Shown here: piece by piece, positions 1 through 6,099 of the stretch | How positions within the stretch are numbered: the stretch's first letter is position 1 | How the letters are laid out: each line of letters opens with the position of its first letter | Virus record (IMG/VR): IMGVR_UViG_3300045988_179149 | Coordinates: 1 to 36,070 of that record | Origin: a virus | Direction: 5' to 3' (one strand) | DNA length: 36,070 bases | Translations under genes and position numbers: made by a program | The notes under the pieces: model-generated | Database searches by the model: none | The model's input: the letters and a program-made list of their open reading frames with translations, nothing else | What the model was told of the DNA's origin: nothing

Positions 1-55
1 GAAACGCTCTAAATTGCATTTTCTAGGTCCACTACCTGCAAAATGCATAAAACGC
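1..55. repeat. Terminal direct repeat, identical to 36016-36070 (circular-contig overlap)
   Basis: Read directly: both ends spell gaaacgctctaaattgcattttctaggtccactacctgcaaaatgcataaaacgc. There is no non-phage flank on either side. Confidence 0.9.
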
Positions 56-85
56 CCCCTGCCGCGCATAAACGGCAGGGGGCGT
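52..85. terminator. 13-bp-stem GC hairpin downstream of the integrase gene; a T-tract is present only in the minus-strand reading
   Basis: acgccccctgccg (52-64) pairs with cggcagggggcgt (73-85). On the minus strand it is followed by ttttatgcatttt. Confidence 0.5.
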
Positions 86-130
86 AAAACGCGAACGGTA
101 ACGGACGGTTATGATTTGGCTTCTCAGTAA

Positions 131-158
131 ACAAAAAATGTCAGCGCCGAAGCGCTGA
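131..158 (-). terminator. Rho-independent terminator immediately 3' of the tRNA-Lys fragment
   Basis: tcagcgc-cgaa-gcgctga hairpin (141-158), followed on the minus strand by cattttttgtttac. Confidence 0.65.
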
Positions 159-171
159 CCTGTGCGTTCTT

Positions 172-216
172 TGGTGGGCCGTCAGGGGGTCGAACCCTGG
201 ACCTTGGGATTAAGAG
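172..216 (-). other. Putative attP core: 45-nt copy of the 3' part of a tRNA-Lys(CUU), from anticodon loop to CCA
   Basis: The minus strand reads CTCTTAA-TCCCA-AGGTC-CAGGG-TTCGACC-CCCTG-ACGGCCC-A-CCA. There is no matching 5' acceptor or D-arm upstream. It lies about 160 nt downstream of the integrase across the circular junction. Confidence 0.7.
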
Positions 217-343
217 TCTTGAACGCGTACTTTTGGCAAGCGCTCTACAAGCAAAGATGCAGGTCACTCTTATTCTGCTCGTACAATTTACGCTCAAGTT
301 GCATTGGAGAACGGATATTTACGGTTATCGCATCATGCATAAA

Positions 344-375
344 GCCCCTCCCCGGCATACTTGCCGGGGAGGGGC
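344..375 (-). terminator. Rho-independent terminator ending the late/lysis operon
   Basis: gcccctccccggca (344-357) pairs with tgccggggaggggc (362-375). The minus strand continues tttatgcat. It sits 7 nt after the stop at 382. Confidence 0.7.
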
Positions 376-381
376 TAATGC

Positions 382-684
382 TTATGGCCTGTCGATGATC
401 ACCTGATCGCCGTCCTCGTCGAGGTACGGCGTGATTGCGATGCCGCGGTCGCTCTCGACCACGATGTAGGCTCGATTTGTCGAGCGCTCGGTCACGATGT
501 ACGAATTGACTCCACCAGGCAGATCGTACAGGGGACCTTCTGACTGGTCCATGACAGTCATGTCAGATGCCGCCTGGGCATTCTTGGGCGCCAAGGCTGA
601 GCAGACGATGATGATGAGCCCCGACATTGCGATGAGGCACGCGATCGCATAGGCGAGGCTGAGCATCTTATCTCTCGGTTTCAT
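382..684 (-). CDS. Small membrane-anchored protein (100 aa) distal to the endolysin; lysis accessory or exclusion protein
   Basis: Internal ATG of ORF 382..1098, preceded by AAGGAG and starting 2 nt after the endolysin stop. N-terminal hydrophobic helix LSLAYAIACLIAMSGLIIIVCSALA. Confidence 0.6.
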   Translation of the reverse strand: MKPRDKMLSLAYAIACLIAMSGLIIIVCSALAPKNAQAASDMTVMDQSEGPLYDLPGGVNSYIVTERSTNRAYIVVESDRGIAITPYLDEDGDQVIIDRP

Positions 685-685
685 G

Positions 686-1504
686 TCACTCCTTGATGAG
701 GTAGTCATCTGCCTCGGGCTTTCCGGTGGCACGTCCCACGGCAACATAGCGGATCTTCCCGCTGCCGCCGGTGTAGCGTCCCCAGATAAAGCCGTTCGCG
801 GACTTATACCAGTCGTCGAGCACGACAGTCTGCCCCCTGCTGTAGGAGGCCACCACGGACCCGGAGAGGGACGGCGCCGAGCGCACGTTGAGCTTGAAGA
901 CGGTGCAGCGGTAGCGGCCGCCGAAGCTCTCGGTCTCAGTCGCCTGCTGGGTCGGCTGCTTCGCGGGAGCCTGCTGAACGGGTGCGGAATTCGATACCTT
1001 GATTCCGAAACTCTCGAGGTAGATTCGGGCCAGGTCGTCGAGGTATTCATTGAACTTCTGCAAATCGCCGCCGTTGTCGATGAAGCCGTTCTCGGCAAGG
1101 CGGTAGTTGATGCCGCGCGCGGCAGCCCTGTTGACGTTGGCGAGGTCGGAATGCTTGACGAGCTTCTGCGCCCGTCCCGGCATAAATGCTGACAACTTGT
1201 CCGCCAGCGTCTTGTCGTAGGAGTCCGGGCTGAACTTCGAGCTGATGATCACATGGGCACCGTGAGGTGTCTTGAGGCCGCTGGCATCCATATGCAGCTC
1301 AACGACGGGGCCGTCAGCCTTGAGGCTGTTCAGCCCGCCATCCGCATACCAGTTGCGCGAAGTGTCGCAAAGCACCACCTGATCGCCGCCAAGCTCCTTG
1401 ATGCGCCTGCCGAGCGCACGCACGCGCTCGGCCTCGGTGTACCCGCCGGCGCAGCAGCCGGGGTCGCCGGCGCCGTGCCCGCAGATGACGAACAGCTTGG
1501 CCAC
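686..1504 (-). CDS. Endolysin: N-acetylmuramoyl-L-alanine amidase (Amidase_3-like) with a C-terminal bacterial SH3 domain
   Basis: GTG start after GAGGAA. Motif ICGHGAGDPG..E..ELHMDA, an Ala/Pro/Gln linker, then an SH3b-like YRCTVFKLNVRSAPS...GFIWGRY. Confidence 0.8.
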   Translation of the reverse strand: MAKLFVICGHGAGDPGCCAGGYTEAERVRALGRRIKELGGDQVVLCDTSRNWYADGGLNSLKADGPVVELHMDASGLKTPHGAHVIISSKFSPDSYDKTLADKLSAFMPGRAQKLVKHSDLANVNRAAARGINYRLAENGFIDNGGDLQKFNEYLDDLARIYLESFGIKVSNSAPVQQAPAKQPTQQATETESFGGRYRCTVFKLNVRSAPSLSGSVVASYSRGQTVVLDDWYKSANGFIWGRYTGGSGKIRYVAVGRATGKPEADDYLIKE

Positions 1505-1505
1505 G

Positions 1506-1745
1506 CTATTCCTCGCCGCCCTCGTGAGACGGTCCCGGCTGCGCGCCGCCAACCTCTGGCAGGTCGGTCGCGACACTGGTTAGCAGCGACACGACGGCGG
1601 CGACGCCCGCCACGCTCGCAACCTGCACCCAGTCGAGGTCCGTGAATCCGACGCTCCCGGTACCGATGAGCGCCACCGCCGTCTGAGCAGCCGTCTTGAC
1701 GGCGCGGGTGAGGGCCGCGATTGCCCATTCCTCGTACTTCTCCAT
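1506..1745 (-). CDS. Holin (r1t-like, 79 aa)
   Basis: ATG after GGAGGA. AIAALTRAVKTAAQTAVALIG ... VASVAGVAAVVSLLTSVA gives two hydrophobic helices and a charged tail. It lies directly upstream of the endolysin. Confidence 0.7.
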   Translation of the reverse strand: MEKYEEWAIAALTRAVKTAAQTAVALIGTGSVGFTDLDWVQVASVAGVAAVVSLLTSVATDLPEVGGAQPGPSHEGGEE

Positions 1746-1749
1746 GATG

Positions 1750-2064
1750 CTAGTCCTCCGATTCTCCCCTGATGGGGGCGTTGACGATTTCCTGGTAGTA
1801 GTGGGTGCCGGTGCCATTTCCGCCCATGCCGTGGTAGGCACCGTAGACCTGCGAGGCCTCCTGCTTGACCCAGTCGGGGCAACCCTTGCCGCTGACCACG
1901 TAGCGCTCATGGAGGTCCACGAGGCGGCTTCGCAGCATCGTCCGAGTGCCCTCCTGCATCGCGTCCATGAGCCGGTACAGGCGCATGAGCGCACCCGCGA
2001 GGGCCGCGAGGACAACCGGCACGGCCCACTGGACGGCCGCGCTGGCTAGTTCTTCCATTCGCAT
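1750..2064 (-). CDS. Membrane-anchored lysis-module protein (second holin-like or accessory protein)
   Basis: N-terminal TM helix AVQWAVPVVLAALAGAL. YHGMGGNGTGTHYY motif. The start may instead be the ATG at 2058, which has better RBS spacing. Confidence 0.55.
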   Translation of the reverse strand: MRMEELASAAVQWAVPVVLAALAGALMRLYRLMDAMQEGTRTMLRSRLVDLHERYVVSGKGCPDWVKQEASQVYGAYHGMGGNGTGTHYYQEIVNAPIRGESED

Positions 2065-2071
2065 GCCCCCA

Positions 2072-2641
2072 CTAAGCCGTCAGCTGCTTCCATGCAGACT
2101 CGCTGCCGAACGTGCCCGGCTCGATTGTGTTGCCGTCCATCAGCGACTCGTAGACCTGGCCGTACTTGGTGACGCGGTCGCCCTTGGCGTATGACTTGCC
2201 GCTGACCCACTCGGGAACGCTCTCGCCTCCGGCCGTGGACGCCACGACCTTCGCCCAGTGCTGGGGGTCGGAAGCGGGATCCGCCGCAGTCGCCGTGTGG
2301 CCGGAAATAGCCTTGTAGAGCGTGCCCTGCCAGAGCACGCGGTCTCCTTGCGCATAGACGTGACCGCATGCGTAGAGCGGATAGAGTGCCGGAACCTTCA
2401 ACGCATCATCGTCGGAGAGGGCGGCCGCCTGGATCTGGGCGAGCATGAGGGCGGCGTCCTGAGGCGTTCCGGCATCGGGAACGAGAGTCCACACCTGCCA
2501 GATGGCGCCGTCATGCTGCTCATAGGAGAGCACCGTGTGGTAACCGGCGCCGGGGTTGGGTTCCGCCGCCTCGCGAATCGGCAGGCCGGAGCCGTCCGTG
2601 GTCAGGTAGACAGACCCAGATACAAATTGTCCGTAAATCAT
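2072..2641 (-). CDS. Fibre/lysis-adjacent protein with two ChtBD3 (CBM5/12)-like carbohydrate-binding repeats (189 aa)
   Basis: ATG after AAGGAGAAAA. Repeats YAQGDRVLWQGTLYKA...HW and YAKGDRVTKYGQVYES...AW. The N-terminus is paralogous to 2650..3057. Confidence 0.6.
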   Translation of the reverse strand: MIYGQFVSGSVYLTTDGSGLPIREAAEPNPGAGYHTVLSYEQHDGAIWQVWTLVPDAGTPQDAALMLAQIQAAALSDDDALKVPALYPLYACGHVYAQGDRVLWQGTLYKAISGHTATAADPASDPQHWAKVVASTAGGESVPEWVSGKSYAKGDRVTKYGQVYESLMDGNTIEPGTFGSESAWKQLTA

Positions 2642-2649
2642 TTTTCTCC

Positions 2650-3057
2650 TTAATGGTTGATTCTTTCCCAAAGCTCCGGAGCCGTATCGGGCTCAGATCC
2701 GATACGGGGCGCATGCGTCTGCAGACACTTGTACAGATCGCCTCCATATGCCACGCGCGCGCCAGCGGCATACGAGGCCTCGCCCACATACCACGGCCGG
2801 ATGAGCTGGGGCACCTTCAGCGCGTCCTCATCACCGAGAGTCTCGGCGGACATGGCAGCAAGCCGCACCGCGTCATCGCGCACCCCGTCCGGCACGACAC
2901 TCCATACTTGGTAGATGGAACCGCCCCGCTGCTCATACGCCATGTCCGCCTTGAAACCCTCGGGGACCTCAGGCTCATCAGACGCGAGAATCGGGAGACC
3001 CCTCCCGTCTGTCGCCAGGCGCACTGCGGGCCCGACAAGGGTCCCGATCAATGCCAT
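2650..3057 (-). CDS. Paralogue of 2072..2641 with one ChtBD3-like repeat (135 aa)
   Basis: ATG after AAAGGAG. Shares TDG-GLPI...YEQ..G-I-QVW-VVPD...DALKVP with its neighbour. Repeat YAAGARVAYGGDLYKC...LW. Confidence 0.6.
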   Translation of the reverse strand: MALIGTLVGPAVRLATDGRGLPILASDEPEVPEGFKADMAYEQRGGSIYQVWSVVPDGVRDDAVRLAAMSAETLGDEDALKVPQLIRPWYVGEASYAAGARVAYGGDLYKCLQTHAPRIGSEPDTAPELWERINH

Positions 3058-3153
3058 TTAGACTCCTTTCTCTCGACCTCTCGTGGCAGAAATCCCACGC
3101 GCGTATCCTCTCCTTGAGAGCCCACGCGTCTGGGATTTACGGGATTGGAGACC

Positions 3154-4026
3154 ATGATGAAAGTTGCAGAGGCCGCCTCGAGGTACATGGACGACAAGCG
3201 CGGCAGGCTGCGCGCCTGCACCCTGGCCGGATACGAGAGCGCGCTAGCGCTGCACGTCCTACCTCGCTGGGGCGAGCTGGAACTCGAGTCGATAACGCCC
3301 GAGGGCGTACAGGGCTGGATTGATTCGTTTGATCTGCCGGGGGCCGCCGAAAAGGCGTACAAGACCCTGCGGCAGGTTATCCGCTGGGCCATCCGCCGTC
3401 TCGGTGTGCGGATGTACGACCCCACCGCCGCCGGTGTCGAGCTACCGCACAAGCCGGCGCACCGCCCACGCACGATGGAGGCGAGCCAGGTCCGTGCCTA
3501 CCTCCGCGCGCTGTGGGGACACGAGTGCGAGGCAGTCGCAATCTGCTCGGTAACCCTCGGGCTGAGGCGCGGCGAGGCGTGCGGCCTCAAGTGGTCGGAC
3601 ATCGACCTGCGCACCGGCGAGGTCCGCATCCGCCGTTCGAGGCAAGTCGTGCGCGGCAATGAGGTCGTCGAGGCGCCGAAGACCGAGCGCTCCGCGCGGT
3701 CCTGCTGGCTCCCCCGCTTCGCCGTCAAGCGCCTGCGCGCGCTGCGAAAGGGCCGCTCGGGCTGGCTGTGCGAACTGTCGCCCGACGCCATCGCGCGGCG
3801 CATCAAGTCCGCATGTCGCCAAGCCGGAGCCGCCTGGACCTCGATGACGGAATGCCGCCACACGTGGGCGACGCTCGCCGTGGAGGCTGGGGTCGGCATC
3901 GAGACCGTGGCCATGATGCTGGGGCACACCGATATCGGCACGGCATACGAGCACTACATCGTGCCGAGGCCGCGCATCTGCAAGGATGCGCAGCGCGAGG
4001 TCGAGCGGCTGATACTGGGCGGGTGA
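3154..4026 (+). CDS. Tyrosine recombinase, putative shufflon-specific (Rci-like role)
   Basis: Catalytic signature: LGLRRGEACGL (Arg), ECRHTWATL (R-H box), LGHTDIGTAYEHY (His and Tyr). Opposite strand to all neighbours. Its stop TGA (4024-4026) overlaps site R1. The start may be 3145, 3154 or 3157. Confidence 0.85.
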   Translation: MMKVAEAASRYMDDKRGRLRACTLAGYESALALHVLPRWGELELESITPEGVQGWIDSFDLPGAAEKAYKTLRQVIRWAIRRLGVRMYDPTAAGVELPHKPAHRPRTMEASQVRAYLRALWGHECEAVAICSVTLGLRRGEACGLKWSDIDLRTGEVRIRRSRQVVRGNEVVEAPKTERSARSCWLPRFAVKRLRALRKGRSGWLCELSPDAIARRIKSACRQAGAAWTSMTECRHTWATLAVEAGVGIETVAMMLGHTDIGTAYEHYIVPRPRICKDAQREVERLILGG

Positions 4027-4037
4027 TTCTGTATCCC
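4025..4037 (+). repeat. Shufflon site R1
   Basis: tGATTCTGTATCCCtcc; overlaps the recombinase stop codon. Confidence 0.85.
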
Positions 4038-4270
4038 TCCCTGCTATCACGGTGCAAAGAATTGACGGAAATGTCGGCGCCAGCATAACCGCCCCATCTA
4101 TCGATGGATACTCTTTTGCAGCATGGATAGCTTGCATATCAAGCGGATGGGTTGGCAGTGCCTATATCGAAAAGCCACTAGATAAAATATCGAGGACATG
4201 GATGGTGTCGAAGCGGTGGGAGTCAAGCGAGACGGCAATTGCGTGCTATGCCCTTTATGTGCGACAGTGA
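4025..4270 (+). other. Silent fibre C-terminal cassette 1 (81 codons, no own start)
   Basis: In frame from R1: DSVSLPAITVQRIDGNVGAS...CYALYVRQ*. Contains track ORF 4052..4270. Confidence 0.75.
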
Positions 4271-4281
4271 TTCTGTATCCC
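4269..4281 (+). repeat. Shufflon site R2
   Basis: tGATTCTGTATCCCtga; overlaps the TGA stop of cassette 1. Confidence 0.85.
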
Positions 4282-4613
4282 TGACAGCAACGAACGACTT
4301 TTGGAAGGTTCGTCACGCCTGCAGGACAATTGGAAAAATAGCAGTACTGTCAGTCCACGCCACTCGCGTCGACAATAACTGGGTCAACGCTCAGGCTTGG
4401 GAGAGGTCGCAGGTTTTGGCGTACCCACCGGAGTTGGCTCCGGTGGGAGGCGAAGTGCTGGCGCCTGCCATCAGCAGTGTCTCTTCGGATGGCCATACCG
4501 ACTGCTTGGGCATAAACGTCGACTCCAGGGGCATCAACGTCAGGATTGTCAGGCAGTGCACCATTCCATCGGGCGCTTGGGTCTCCGGAGTCCTAGTCTG
4601 GCCGATCGCTTAG
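4269..4613 (+). other. Silent fibre C-terminal cassette 2 (114 codons)
   Basis: In frame from R2: DSVSLTATNDFWKVRHACRT...GVLVWPIA*. Same frame as track ORF 4239..4613. Confidence 0.75.
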
Positions 4614-4626
4614 CATTCTGTATCCC
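4614..4626 (+). repeat. Shufflon site R3
   Basis: tagCATTCTGTATCCCgtg; abuts the TAG stop of cassette 2. Confidence 0.85.
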
Positions 4627-4895
4627 GTGCGCCGAGAATTTTTGTCGGTAACAAGATCGTACAATTCAACAATGGGAAGGTCACGACGCTTTGGAACAAG
4701 GCGGACTTTGAGCGGGAGTTCGGGCGTTGCTTCGATAATTCCCGCGATTCCGTTTACGGGATGAACGGTGATGCGGTCTTCGACTTCATGGTTGATGCCG
4801 TAAATTTCTACCCGCGCACCGAGGAGCTCGTCGTCGCAATCAGCGGTGCGCACACTGGCCCATTCCGTGTGAATTACATCGTGGTGATGGGCTAG
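4614..4895 (+). other. Silent fibre C-terminal cassette 3 (93 codons)
   Basis: In frame from R3: HSVSRAPRIFVGNKIVQFNNGK...GPFRVNYIVVMG*. It has no Met, so it is absent from the ORF track. Homologous to cassette 6. Confidence 0.75.
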
Positions 4896-4908
4896 GATTC
4901 TGTATCCC
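4896..4908 (+). repeat. Shufflon site R4
   Basis: tagGATTCTGTATCCCcga; abuts the TAG stop of cassette 3. Confidence 0.85.
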
Positions 4909-5195
4909 CGAGGGTCGTGGGGCAGACAAACGCCGGAAAGCTGTATCAGCCTTTCCGGTGCGACCTCCCATTGGACAGGATGGCGGCGCTCATCTGCATC
5001 TACGACAACGGGCGCCCGCTGGCGTCGACTGTATTCCCCATATCCGTCTTCGCGCAATACTGCACCGGCTCAGGGGTTTGCGCCGACTGCTATTACAGCC
5101 CGGGCGGTTTCGGCGTCCACGCCTACTATACGGGCGGCATGCTCTACCTTATGGCTGACGCCAACATATACAAAGCAGCATTCGTCGTGTTTTAG
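4896..5195 (+). other. Silent fibre C-terminal cassette 4 (99 codons)
   Basis: In frame from R4: DSVSPRVVGQTNAGKLYQPF...IYKAAFVVF*. Contains track ORF 4917..5195. Confidence 0.75.
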
Positions 5196-5467
5196 GTACA
5201 GACCACGGCCTGGCCGGAGAAGTTTCCTGACGTCGCGGAGAAACAGAAGACGGCTCCATTTGTGTCGATCTTGACGTAGCCTGAGGCACTGCCCACGTTA
5301 AGACATCCGATTGCCTCCGTCACCGGTTTAAAAGGCAGATGGCAAACGATGCGACCGGTATTTCCCGTAAGAGAGATGTTTTTCAGCTGGACGACAACGG
5401 TGCGCCCGATGCCGACACAAGTGACGCCGTCGGCTGGAGCCGTGAGGACGGCTTGGGATACAGAATG
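5192..5467 (-). other. Silent fibre C-terminal cassette 5 (91 codons)
   Basis: In frame from R5: HSVSQAVLTAPADGVTCVGIGRTVVVQLKN...FSGQAVVCT*. It has no Met, so it is not in the ORF track. Its stop overlaps the cassette 4 stop. Confidence 0.75.
5455..5467 (-). repeat. Shufflon site R5
   Basis: The minus strand reads tagCATTCTGTATCCCaag. It is head-to-head with R6 across a 21-nt spacer. Confidence 0.85.
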
Positions 5468-5488
5468 CTATACGTTTACCGTTCCCAG

Positions 5489-5501
5489 CATTCTGTATCC
5501 C
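5489..5501 (+). repeat. Shufflon site R6
   Basis: cagCATTCTGTATCCCaaa. Confidence 0.85.
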
Positions 5502-5779
5502 AAAACGAGTATCCCAAGGTCATATGCGGCTCAGTGGTGCGCAACGCGAGTGGCTTCAATGCTGTGATGGTGTTCAGCTCGGAGCAGTTTAAGGAGATCG
5601 CGGGGAGGGCGTTCGACAACAGCAAAGACTGCATCTCGGTCATAAACGCGGACGGTAACGCGAGCGGCGCCGTCGTCACGGGCGTCATCTACGACCCGAA
5701 CACGAAGCACATTGATGCCCATCTGAGCGGCACGACCTACGCCATAAGGCTGAATTACATCATCACATTGGGGGCCTAG
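5489..5779 (+). other. Silent fibre C-terminal cassette 6 (96 codons)
   Basis: In frame from R6: HSVSQNEYPKVICGSVVRNASGF...YAIRLNYIITLGA*. This is the 3' part of track ORF 5339..5779. Confidence 0.75.
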
Positions 5780-6099
5780 GCGAGGATAACCAGACCGTAC
5801 AGGTCGGTAGTCGCCGCCGCCCCATAGCCGCTTCCGCTGACGCGCACGATGCCGTTGGTACCGATAGATGCCGTCGTTGTCCCGACGTATGTGGTGGCGA
5901 CCATGAGCCTGCCCCACAGACGAACAGTGGTCTCCAGATGGAACGGAAGGATGAACTCGGCGTACGCGGGCGTAGGGTTCAGGGTACGCTGGATCGTCAG
6001 CATATAGTTGTCGCGTTCGATATGAACGAGTGAATAGTTCCATCCCTCGGCAATCCCGCTGCGGTCGAGCGACGGGTCGCGGCCTTGGGATACAGAATG
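5776..6099 (-). other. Silent fibre C-terminal cassette 7 (107 codons)
   Basis: In frame from R7: HSVSQGRDPSLDRSGIAEGWNYSLVHIERDNYMLTIQ...LYGLVILA*. Contains track ORF 5776..6003. Its stop overlaps the cassette 6 stop in CCTAGG. Confidence 0.75.
6087..6099 (-). repeat. Shufflon site R7
   Basis: The minus strand reads tagCATTCTGTATCCCaag. It abuts the TAG stop (6100-6102) of the expressed fibre gene. Confidence 0.85.

Noticed and set aside
1-55. The terminal 55-nt repeats as attL/attR or prophage boundaries
   Set aside because: There is no host DNA outside them. The integrase gene reads into the repeat, and the tRNA-derived att core lies inside the element at 172-216. The repeat is best explained as circular-assembly overlap.
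162-398. 78-aa plus-strand ORF over the attP region
   Set aside because: It spans the tRNA-Lys fragment and two terminator hairpins, and it has no ribosome-binding site. The region is non-coding.
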